A stretch of 64,000 nt of DNA from Acidobacteriota bacterium (GTDB taxonomy: Bacteria > Acidobacteriota > CAIWXX01), in NCBI GenBank assembly GCA_040755995.1, contig JBFMAF010000032.1, positions 289,306 to 353,305 on the forward strand, written 5' to 3'. Every line of letters starts with the position of its first letter. Position 1 is the stretch's first letter. Under the pieces are notes generated by a model that was given only the letters and a program-made list of their open reading frames with translations, ran no database searches and had not been told where the DNA came from. Positions 29,020 through 37,278 of this stretch are shown here, in pieces. Both the position numbers and the translations under genes were made by a program.

Positions 29020-30278
29020 GCGCTGTGGTGAGACGCGCAGCCTTGTTGGGCTGCATCATGCTCGCCGGAGAGTCGAGCCTGATCGCGAGTCTCCAATGGC
29101 ACGGATTCGTTTTGGGAAACTACGCGGCTCGCCTAGACGCGCCAAATGGACACAAGCCGGCATCAGGCGATTTCCTTCTGGCCGAGGAAAGATTTCAACT
29201 TAAGATGGCGGCCTCCGCATCGGAAGGCCAGATGCACTGCTTCGTCAAGACCGACCTCGTTCGCGACGAGGTCGACAGCGATGTTTCGGTCGATGTTCGC
29301 GAAGTCTATGTCAGCTTCGCCGAAGGGCCGCTCGATCTCAGCATCGGCCGGCAGATTCACACGTGGGGAGTCGGTGATCTCCTGTTCATCAATGATCTGT
29401 TTCCAAAGGACTACGCCGCGCTTTTCTCGGGCCGGCCGATGGAGTATTTGAAAGTGGGATCGAGCGGCGTCAAGGCCAGCCTCTACGGCACGTCGCTGTC
29501 CCTCGACGTCGTCGTCACACCCTTCTTCGAGGCCGATGTGCTCCCGAGCGCCGATCGATTCTTCCTGTTCGATCCTTTCTCGGGGCTCGTCCCCCGCGTC
29601 GAGGCGAAGCCGCGGCGCGATCTTCAAAACACGGAGATCGCTGCGAGGCTTCGCCGTTCGGTTGCCGGTTTCGACGTGGCGGCGTATGCGTATCGGGGGT
29701 TCTATCGGATCCCTTCGACGCAACCCGACTCGCCCACCACGCCGACGATGGTGTCGCTCGTCTATCCGAAACTTTCGTCGTACGGCGCGAGCGCTCAGGG
29801 CAACGCGCTCGGCGGGGTGCTGAGCATCGAGGCGGGCTATCACGACTCAAGAGAGGACCGCGACGGCTCCAACCCGGTCATCCCCAACTCGCAAACCCGG
29901 TTCCTCATCGGCTACCAGCGCTCCCCCTGGAGCGACACCATCATCGGCTTCCAGTACTATGGAGAGTACATGCAACGCTACCGTCGGTACGAGGCCTCGC
30001 TGCCGGCTGGATTCCCGAAGCAGGATCGACTCCGGCAGGTCCTGACCCTGAGGCTGATGCAGTCGCTGAAGTACCAGACATGGAGAATCTCTCTCTTCAC
30101 GTTCTGGAGCCCGACCGATCACGACTTCTACGCCATCCCCGAGCTGGCACATCGCCTGAGCGATGAGCTCTCTCTGACCCTCGGGGCCAACATTTTCGGC
30201 GGATCGTCCGCGGCTACCTTCTTCGGCCAGCTCAGCCACAACGACAACCTGTACTTCGCAGCTCGCTACGATTTCTGA
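29016..30278 (+). CDS. Putative outer-membrane beta-barrel protein (DUF1302-like)
   Basis: Signal peptide, VREVYV, IGRQIHTWGVGD, C-terminal ARYDF; typical partner of MMPL and LolA-like genes. Confidence 0.7.
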   Translation: MSAVVRRAALLGCIMLAGESSLIASLQWHGFVLGNYAARLDAPNGHKPASGDFLLAEERFQLKMAASASEGQMHCFVKTDLVRDEVDSDVSVDVREVYVSFAEGPLDLSIGRQIHTWGVGDLLFINDLFPKDYAALFSGRPMEYLKVGSSGVKASLYGTSLSLDVVVTPFFEADVLPSADRFFLFDPFSGLVPRVEAKPRRDLQNTEIAARLRRSVAGFDVAAYAYRGFYRIPSTQPDSPTTPTMVSLVYPKLSSYGASAQGNALGGVLSIEAGYHDSREDRDGSNPVIPNSQTRFLIGYQRSPWSDTIIGFQYYGEYMQRYRRYEASLPAGFPKQDRLRQVLTLRLMQSLKYQTWRISLFTFWSPTDHDFYAIPELAHRLSDELSLTLGANIFGGSSAATFFGQLSHNDNLYFAARYDF

Positions 30279-30632
30279 ACGATTCGCGCAAGCGAGGCGT
30301 GGCAGGCTGCCGCGTCCCGCCATTCGCCATGTGGGCGAGATGTCGTCGGGCCCCCCCACTTCCTCTGGTTCCCCTGGGCGAGGCGGGCAGAGGAAGCTCA
30401 GATCGGTCTCTCATCACGCGAGCAGTCTTGGGGAGTGCGGCAACGCACGATGGTAGCTGAGAGCTGCTGCGAGACCGCGGTTCCGCATCATCGTGTGGTC
30501 CGAAGGCCGGTGCAGGGACAGCAGTCGGCGGGAGGCAGCACAACCAACTTGACTGCGGCGCTCCGGTGTCCTACATTCTCGTATACCTGCGGGGATTGTC
30601 TCGTGAAGGAAGACAGGCGGAGAGGATAGATC

Positions 30633-30691
30633 GTCGAACCACGGCTTTCAGCGTATGCGCTAGCGCGCGCCGCTGAAGCCGAACGTTGGGG
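30633..30691 (+). mobile_element. Integron attC site (59 bp)
   Basis: GTCGAAC ... GTTGGGG with internal arms CGGCTTTCAGCG / CGCTGAAGCCG (one unpaired base). Confidence 0.8.
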
Positions 30692-30699
30692 ACACGAGG

Positions 30700-31248
30700 A
30701 TGAAGACTTCAATCGCCCTGATTCTGCTCACATCGTGCGCGCTGGCTCAGGCTGAGGATATCCGAGTGCAGCAGATTCCCGTGAAGCGTATCGCCGGGGT
30801 TCTGCCAAGAGCCTGGTTCATCGAATCCGTGGACACGGCGGCAACCGTGTCCGGGTGGGACAGACTCCAAGGCTCCCGAGGGATTAGGATCATCATATCG
30901 CGACACCCCTACGATCTCACACTAGCTCCGACGAAGGCCGGCGGACTCTCAGTCGACATCCCGCAAGTCGTTCTCTACGTCTTCCCATCGGACTTCGAAG
31001 GGAAGCATGTGAACAACTCCTCAATCTTCCGAGCAGGGAAGGTCATTCCGTCAGACACGACAGCATTCGCGGATCGCGCCGTGCTGATCATGGACAAATT
31101 CACGAAGGTCGGGCAGTGGTATGTCTTTCACAACGCTCCGTCGTTCTCCGATTGGAGGAATCCCGTCGGAGACATGACGGAAGCAATGAAGGAAATCCCC
31201 AACCAGGGGCTATTGCATACGCCGCTACGCGGCGCCGCTGAGCCCTAA
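30700..31248 (+). CDS. Gene cassette ORF, hypothetical secreted protein
   Basis: ATG 8 nt after the attC core site, RBS GAGG, signal peptide; flanked by attC sites. Confidence 0.75.
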   Translation: MKTSIALILLTSCALAQAEDIRVQQIPVKRIAGVLPRAWFIESVDTAATVSGWDRLQGSRGIRIIISRHPYDLTLAPTKAGGLSVDIPQVVLYVFPSDFEGKHVNNSSIFRAGKVIPSDTTAFADRAVLIMDKFTKVGQWYVFHNAPSFSDWRNPVGDMTEAMKEIPNQGLLHTPLRGAAEP

Positions 31249-31256
31249 CGTTCGGC
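31197..31256 (+). mobile_element. Integron attC site (60 bp)
   Basis: CCCCAAC (exact reverse complement of the preceding GTTGGGG) ... GTTCGGC; imperfect internal palindrome. Confidence 0.78.
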
Positions 31257-31267
31257 ACAGGAGAAAG

Positions 31268-31768
31268 ATGAGAGCAACTCTCGCCATGTTGATCCTCATG
31301 GGAGGTATATGCCCGGCTTCCGAAGAGAAGCCGATGATCCCGGTAGGTTTCCACGCCCAAGCAGAACTCGCCGTATTCAAGAGCGGCAAGCCCCTCCTCA
31401 TGAGTCTCACGCTCACCAACGATTCATCCAGACCGATTCGTTTCACAACTTTCTCGACCGAACCCAATGAATGGAACGGCGAGACCTTCAACATCAGCCT
31501 TGTTGATGTCCACAGGATCGGAGAGAGGCGGAATCTGTGCTTGGCCCGTCCCGAGTTGAGAGTCCCGTTGACCGTATCGGGCCCCGGCTCACATTCGATC
31601 CAGCCAGGGAGGAATCTTCGCGTCACGATCGATACGAGCAAATGGAGAATAGACGGGGATTGGATCAAAGGAGAATACGCCCTGGTTTTCAGAATGGACA
31701 ACATCACGGTTGAGGACAAGATCAGCATATCGATACTAAGTGAGCCCGTCCACGTAATCGTACAATGA
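31268..31768 (+). CDS. Gene cassette ORF, hypothetical secreted protein
   Basis: RBS AGGAG, signal peptide, beta-rich; stop 5 nt before the next attC. Confidence 0.75.
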   Translation: MRATLAMLILMGGICPASEEKPMIPVGFHAQAELAVFKSGKPLLMSLTLTNDSSRPIRFTTFSTEPNEWNGETFNISLVDVHRIGERRNLCLARPELRVPLTVSGPGSHSIQPGRNLRVTIDTSKWRIDGDWIKGEYALVFRMDNITVEDKISISILSEPVHVIVQ

Positions 31769-31773
31769 AGAAT

Positions 31774-31852
31774 GCCGAACCAACAGATCCAGGTGACAAG
31801 CAATAGCCTCTCGGACACGACTATTGCTTGCCCCTGATCTGAGTCGTTGGGC
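31774..31852 (+). mobile_element. Integron attC site (79 bp)
   Basis: GCCGAAC (exact reverse complement of the preceding GTTCGGC) ... GTTGGGC; arms CAGATCCAGGTGACAAGCAATAG / CTATTGCTTGCCCCTGATCTG. Confidence 0.85.
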
Positions 31853-31904
31853 GGGCCCGGCTTTGCAGGTGGCGGAACGCCAGCGATCCTCTAAGGAGCA
31901 ATCG

Positions 31905-32711
31905 ATGAAACAATTGAAGGGGTTGGCAGTGCTTCTGACGGGCGGGTCCCGCGGTATCGGGCCAATAGTGGCTGAGGCTCTGGCAAAGCGAGGTGCCAAC
32001 ATCGCGCTGGCAGCTCGTTCGAAAAGTGGATTGAACGATGTAGCAACACGCCTAATCGAACTGGGGACCAAGGCTCTGGTGATGCCCATCGATCTCAGAG
32101 AATCATCCCAACGCGAAAACCTTGTCGCCGATGTCCTGAGCAAATTTGGAAAAATCGACGTGCTGGTGAACAATGCCGGACTGGAAACTGAAGGTGCCTA
32201 CGCAGAATTGTCTTGGCCTGCCATACGGGATACTATTGAAGTGAATCTCATTGCGCCCATGGCCCTCGCACGCCTTGTTCTCCCAGAAATGCTCGAAAGG
32301 AAAGAGGGGCACATAGTGAATATAGCTTCCATCGCAGCCAAGAGCGGGGCTCCCTATGCTGCAACATACTCTGGAACAAAGGCCGGACTGGCTGAATGGA
32401 CACGTGCGCTCCGTTTGGAACTGGCTGGCACAGGAGTTCATCTTTCAACGATCTTTCCTGGTTACGTCAGGGAAGCCGGAATGTTTGCGAAGTTTGGAAT
32501 GCAGTCCCCTTGGATTGTCGGATCATGCGCTCCTTTTCAGGTTGCAGAAGCGGTAGTAAGTGCAATTGAGAAAGGCAGGGTGGAAAGAATCATCAACTCA
32601 CGCCCACTGCGTTACTCATTTATGTTAAATGAGCTGTCACCGACAATAGGCGATTGGCTGATGCGTATTTCTGGAGTTGTTGATTTCCAGCGGCGAAAGG
32701 TGGGTAAATGA
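31905..32711 (+). CDS. Gene cassette ORF, short-chain dehydrogenase/reductase
   Basis: TGGSRGIG, LVNNAG, YSGTK; visibly more AT-rich than flanking chromosomal genes. Confidence 0.9.
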   Translation: MKQLKGLAVLLTGGSRGIGPIVAEALAKRGANIALAARSKSGLNDVATRLIELGTKALVMPIDLRESSQRENLVADVLSKFGKIDVLVNNAGLETEGAYAELSWPAIRDTIEVNLIAPMALARLVLPEMLERKEGHIVNIASIAAKSGAPYAATYSGTKAGLAEWTRALRLELAGTGVHLSTIFPGYVREAGMFAKFGMQSPWIVGSCAPFQVAEAVVSAIEKGRVERIINSRPLRYSFMLNELSPTIGDWLMRISGVVDFQRRKVGK

Positions 32712-32715
32712 GGCC

Positions 32716-32833
32716 GCCTACCGAATCGCCGAAGCTGACGCCCGGCAGGCCGACTCCGAGCTGCACATCCCCAAGGTATGAGATGGCGCGCTATCGCTGC
32801 TGCGGCGCCGAAGCGTGAGCACCACGCTAGGGC
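32716..32833 (+). mobile_element. Degenerate attC-like site
   Basis: GCCTACC (expected GCCCAAC) just after the SDR stop ... GCTAGGGC; weak internal symmetry. Confidence 0.4.
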
Positions 32834-32999
32834 ACTGACGATCGAAAGCAACATGGACAAGCGCAAGCGGCCAGGGATCCGCATTCGATCCCGCGAAGCC
32901 GAGCCCCCCATCATGGGGACCGGCCCAGGCCCCGACACGGCGCTGAAGCGGATTCGCTTACACGGCACGCCACGATCTCTGAACGATTCGAGGGAACGA

Positions 33000-33022
33000 G
33001 GGAGCCCCGCGGCGGGGCTCCC
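33000..33022 (-). terminator. GC-rich hairpin, probable terminator of the sigma/peptide unit
   Basis: GGGAGCCCCGC-G-GCGGGGCTCCC inverted repeat 26 nt after the peptide stop; weak U-tract. Confidence 0.55.
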
Positions 33023-33048
33023 GACACAATCGGCCAGATGACAGCGGC

Positions 33049-33138
33049 CTACTTCCCCCGCTTCTTCGGCATCTTCTTCGTATTCTGGGCCTTCGCGGGA
33101 GGAAGGCAGCCACATCCGCAGCTCGACTTCTTCTGCAT
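33049..33138 (-). CDS. Small Cys-rich basic peptide (29 aa, MQKKSSCGCGCLPPAKAQNTKKMPKKRGK)
   Basis: Below the ORF-track cut-off. Strong RBS AAAGGAGGT overlaps the sigma stop codon; hairpin follows. Confidence 0.7.
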   Translation of the reverse strand: MQKKSSCGCGCLPPAKAQNTKKMPKKRGK

Positions 33139-33143
33139 CGAAT

Positions 33144-33794
33144 TCACCTCCTTTCGGTGTTTGATCGCTCCTGCCGGGCGCGTCGGCATCCGCAGACGCA
33201 TCGCTTTGCGAAGCCGCGCGGCAGGCGGAATTCCTGGAGGGTCTTCTCGGCCATCCCGACGATCCGTCTCTGCAGCTCCTTCTTCGCGTCGTGGAGCCGC
33301 TTTCTGAGAGTGCTTTCTTTAAGACCAAGGAAGCGTGCCGCTTCAGCCGTGGAGGTCCCCTCGAGGTAGCAGAGCAGGACAGGGATGCGGCGTGCATCCG
33401 ACAAGGAAAAGAGGATTCGCCGAACCCTGGAGCCAAAGACGTCTCGCTCGCGCCTCTCGGTGGTTGACTCCGGTGCGGGCACCGGGGCGTGCCGCAGCTT
33501 CTCGACGTCCTCGATTGCGACAAAGCGCCGCTGTTGCCTCCGCCACGCAATCGCCCTGTTTCGCGTTATTGTCCGCAACCATGACGGGAACGCCTCGGCT
33601 GACCGAAGCTCCTTCAGGGCGACGTAGGCCGTGACGAAGACGTCCTGCGCGATGTCCTGGGCCGCCACATGATCCCTGGTGACCTGCAACGCCAGTGCAT
33701 AGACGAGGTACCGGTACTTGCTGATGATCTCGCCGTACGCGGCGGAGTCCCCGGTGGCGGCCCTTTTCAAGAGCTCCTTCTCCTTTTCGGTCAT
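33144..33794 (-). CDS. ECF-type RNA polymerase sigma factor with C-terminal CVCGC extension
   Basis: Region 2 AQDIAQDVFVTAY...FPSWLRTITRN; region 4 YLEGTSTAEAARFLGLKESTLRKRLHDAK. Confidence 0.9.
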   Translation of the reverse strand: MTEKEKELLKRAATGDSAAYGEIISKYRYLVYALALQVTRDHVAAQDIAQDVFVTAYVALKELRSAEAFPSWLRTITRNRAIAWRRQQRRFVAIEDVEKLRHAPVPAPESTTERRERDVFGSRVRRILFSLSDARRIPVLLCYLEGTSTAEAARFLGLKESTLRKRLHDAKKELQRRIVGMAEKTLQEFRLPRGFAKRCVCGCRRARQERSNTERR

Positions 33795-33851
33795 TCTCAC
33801 GACCTCCTTCATCCAATATAGATGCCAGGGTGCCTCAAATGTTACCAGCGA

Positions 33852-34328
33852 TCAGCGTACGACATGCACGTCCTCCGGCGTGGGCCGGCATTCCGGGGGG
33901 TGCGCGCTGCGACCGGCATGGTTCCGAACACGGAGATCCCTATTATGAGCAATCATTCCCAGGTTTTGAAGCGTGGCCGCCACATCGGGATGATCCGGGC
34001 CCAAGGCCTTCTCTCGAATCGCGAGCGCGCTTTCCAGGAGAGCCGTTGCCTGTTGGTAGAGGCCGAGCCTCCAATACACGACGCCGATCGTGTACTGGAG
34101 ACGCGCCTTGACGAGCGGCTGATCCCCCAGTTCTGTTTCGAGCTTCCGAGCGCCCTTGTCCAGGAGCTCCCGTGCCGTGACAGTGTTCCCCTTGCTCTCG
34201 TTGGGATCGCTCACTTTGAATATGCCCACAAGGAACTCGGAGACTCGCTCCGCCGTTTCGGCTTCCAGCTTTGCCTCTTCAGCCTCGTGTTTTGCTCGCC
34301 AGGTCTGGATGGTCAGGGCCGTGGACAA
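33852..34328 (-). pseudogene. Internal fragment of a Ser/Thr kinase-TPR type protein
   Basis: VSEFLVGIFKVSDP...TARELLDKG...ALAIREKALGPDHPDVAATLQNLG matches the post-TM/TPR part of such proteins; kinase domain and later TPRs absent. Confidence 0.65.
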
Positions 34329-34377
34329 TTGGCCTTGATCTGATGCCGATCAATGGGCACTACGCAGGAATTATCGT

Positions 34378-36564
34378 CTACTTTTTCTGCCGCAGCGAGC
34401 CCGTGACATTTTTCACGAAATCGCAGATACCACTGAGCCGCGCTTCCATGATGTCCAGGTTTGGACTCGAGAGCAGCGAAAAGCCGATCGGGCACTCGAC
34501 CGAATACGAGCAAATAGTCTTCCTTTTATTATTGCGGTTATTCCTCAGTGCAATCTCAAGTACCGACTTGCCCCCATTCATGACATTGCGAATCGTGAAG
34601 CTGATCTCGGCAATATTTTCATTGCCGCCGTTCTGGGCGCTTTGCCAGAAGTATTTCCTGCCTGAGAAGGCGCTATCGGTTATCAGCAGCTTCTGGTTTC
34701 GGTTTTTCAGCAGGTCAGATACCGCTTCGATGTTGAGGTTTATTCCCTGCTCGGAATCAAGCTTACGCTTCAACTCGTCGAGCGGCAGGCTCAGAAAGAT
34801 CCGCCAGAAGTATGCGGCGCAGAGATTGTCTGTTCGTGCATCTTCAATTGCATTGTCGCCGAATTCGTTCATGCCCTTGGAAGACGGGATGATGAAATCA
34901 AGCCTGCTGAGGTAGTAGCTCGGGGCTGTCGATGAAGATGATGATTCGGGTCTCGACGCAGCCTCTGGCCCGCCGGGCGTGCCACTCGCCTGGATCTTTG
35001 GCTGGCCGGCCGGCGTGGTCTGGGCGGCCGGCTTTTCGGAAGATAGTGCAGGCGTCGCCACCTCGGATTCTACAGGTGTAGAAGGAGCGGTCGCAGCCGG
35101 CTGCTCCGTGTTGGGAGCGGCCGTCACCAGACGAAACCCGATCGTCTTGCCTCCATCTTCCGCCACTTCAGTGTCACGGCAATACGAACGCATGTAATAA
35201 GCGGACTGGTCCCAGTAAGCTCCCCTGAGCATCCGATAATCGTCGTCTCCACCGGTCCAGGCCGAGCCGTCGGCAGGGGCGTTCTTGTAGTCGTCATGCC
35301 ACGCGTCCTCGCACCACTCGGACACGTTCCCGTATATGTCGTACAGACCCCATGGATTGGGCCGCCGCTGTCCAATCGGATGCGTGGTTTTCGATGAATT
35401 CTCCTCGAACCACGCGTACTCCCCCATGCTCCTCTCGGAGTTGCTGAAACTGTAGTTCGCGTCCGTACCGGCCCTGCAAGCATATTCCCACTCGGCTTCC
35501 GTCGGCAGCCGCAGCGCCTTCTCCCCTGCCAGCCCGAGGCGCTGATTGAGGGCAGCCAGGAACTTCTGGCAGGTTTCCCAGCTGACCGTTTCCACCGGGA
35601 GGCTGTCGCCCTTGAACTTCGAGGGGCTCGTGCCCATCACCGCTTTCCACTGAGCCTGCGTCACCTCGTACTTGCCCATCCAGAACGCGCGGCCGATGGT
35701 AACCTTGTGACGGGGTTGCGATGATTCATCGTCCAACTCATCGGCAGAACCCATCATGAAGCTGCCATTAGGTATGTAGACCATTTCGATTGCAGCGGTG
35801 TCGGATAACCCGATCTTCTTTTCCCATTTGCCATCCGAATTGATAGCGCAATCGGCTTCGGGCTGCGGAAGCTTTCCAGTGTCAGACAGCGCACCGGCAG
35901 CCACTGCATCCGGATCTGAGATTTTCACGCTCGCGGTGCTCCCGGCCTCCCTCATCATCCCGCTCAACTCCTCGAGGTACTGCACTGCGCTCGCGCGGGC
36001 AAGTTGAAGGAAGACCGGCTTCAATTTCGGATCGGCCGTGTCTGGAAACATCGACTGAGCATCCTCTGAGGCAACTTCTGTCCAGACTTCAGTCTCCAAC
36101 CCCGACGGGCTGACGATCCGCCATCTCGTTTCCATCTTGACCCGCTTCTTGAATCCGACGGCCACGCCCAGCCTGGCTTCGATTTCCATGCAGGCGTAGA
36201 GATCGTTCTCACCGGCGTCGGCGGCCAAGGTCGCCGATTCCTTATCCTTTGATTCTCTCAGGCTCTCCGGTGCAGGGATCTGGAAGGCGCCGGATTCGCC
36301 CAGAATGCTCCTAAAAATCGCCACAACCTCTTCAGATAGCTGCTGGCTGTATGGCGAATCCGCACGGCTGGAATTGATAGCACGGCCCATGAGCCCCAGC
36401 CAGAACACCATCTCGTTCTTGCCGGCATCTGCACCCTTCAGCCCGAACGCGCAAAGGCCAACTTTCTTGTCCGGCCCCAGATCGCGCATGATCTTGTCTT
36501 CATCCGAGCCGCCCCAAGCGAGGCTCGCGCAGAACGCGACTGTGATAGAAGCAAACAACCTCAT
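34378..36564 (-). CDS. Secreted protein with formylglycine-generating-enzyme (FGE-sulfatase) domain
   Basis: FMMGS, GKYEVTQAQW, RLPTEAEWEYACRAG, PNPWGLYDIYGNVSEWC, IGFRLV. Confidence 0.88.
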   Translation of the reverse strand: MRLFASITVAFCASLAWGGSDEDKIMRDLGPDKKVGLCAFGLKGADAGKNEMVFWLGLMGRAINSSRADSPYSQQLSEEVVAIFRSILGESGAFQIPAPESLRESKDKESATLAADAGENDLYACMEIEARLGVAVGFKKRVKMETRWRIVSPSGLETEVWTEVASEDAQSMFPDTADPKLKPVFLQLARASAVQYLEELSGMMREAGSTASVKISDPDAVAAGALSDTGKLPQPEADCAINSDGKWEKKIGLSDTAAIEMVYIPNGSFMMGSADELDDESSQPRHKVTIGRAFWMGKYEVTQAQWKAVMGTSPSKFKGDSLPVETVSWETCQKFLAALNQRLGLAGEKALRLPTEAEWEYACRAGTDANYSFSNSERSMGEYAWFEENSSKTTHPIGQRRPNPWGLYDIYGNVSEWCEDAWHDDYKNAPADGSAWTGGDDDYRMLRGAYWDQSAYYMRSYCRDTEVAEDGGKTIGFRLVTAAPNTEQPAATAPSTPVESEVATPALSSEKPAAQTTPAGQPKIQASGTPGGPEAASRPESSSSSTAPSYYLSRLDFIIPSSKGMNEFGDNAIEDARTDNLCAAYFWRIFLSLPLDELKRKLDSEQGINLNIEAVSDLLKNRNQKLLITDSAFSGRKYFWQSAQNGGNENIAEISFTIRNVMNGGKSVLEIALRNNRNNKRKTICSYSVECPIGFSLLSSPNLDIMEARLSGICDFVKNVTGSLRQKK

Positions 36565-36838
36565 AAACCCTCCAGGCCTCAGCCCGATATGGCTGCAGGC
36601 CGCGTTTCGCCATTCTGAAGAATGCTACAAATGTAGTGAGATGCCGGCGCTTTTCAGTGCGCTGACAGCCATCGGATTGTTGAATATGAACAAGGCACGA
36701 CCAAGAACTAGCACCACGAGGCTGCTGATGTCAAGTTGCGCGGTGAGAGAGAGCAGACAGGCGCTCGCCGCCGTCGCCTAGCATTACGCATCGAATAGCG
36801 GCCGCAGCCGAACGGACCCCATGCGACATTTCACCGCG

Positions 36839-37025
36839 TCACTCAGACCTGACCGCCTGGATGAACATACGCTCACTGTCGGCGGAGTATGGTTCGTGAA
36901 GGTGTCCCCCCTCCGGGCTGGCTATCTGCAGCCCGGCCTGCCTGAGCATCAACTCAATCTCGCCCCTGAAGATGGGGCGCCAGCATAAGGAATAACGACG
37001 CCGCTGGACAAAACCACGAGAATCG
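36839..37025 (-). pseudogene. Possible C-terminal remnant of a SAM-dependent methyltransferase
   Basis: RRRYSLCWRPIFRGEIELMLRQAGLQI...EPYSADSERMFIQA resembles methyltransferase C-termini; no N-terminal part. Confidence 0.35.
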
Positions 37026-37278
37026 CCGAGGCCGCAGCCAAAGTGACCAAGGCAGACTCCATTCCATACGTTGTGCACCTGTCGAGCATTGGTGCCGGCC
37101 TGAAGAGTGGCCACGGATACGCCACGATCGCCTCGGAGGTGGAGCGGCGAAGTTCGGCGCCGCCAGCTGTGAGCTGTGTCGCCAAGCCTCACAAGGCAGC
37201 CATCGGGCGGCTTTCTGCCCCGATTGCTATCCTTTGCAGTCCTCCCGGGCGGGGCGCGCCTACTGGCGCGACGCGTCG

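Noticed and set aside
30435..30629. 64-aa ORF ending just before the first attC
   Set aside because: Stop position fits a cassette remnant, but there is no RBS, recognisable motif or upstream core site; not called as a gene
35120..35240. Diversity-generating retroelement variable region at the end of the FGE domain
   Set aside because: The fold is a known DGR target type, but no template repeat or reverse transcriptase is visible in the window
37125..37160. attC-like half site on the minus strand (GCCGAAC-TTCGCCGCTCCACC)
   Set aside because: No matching right arm or GTT core found
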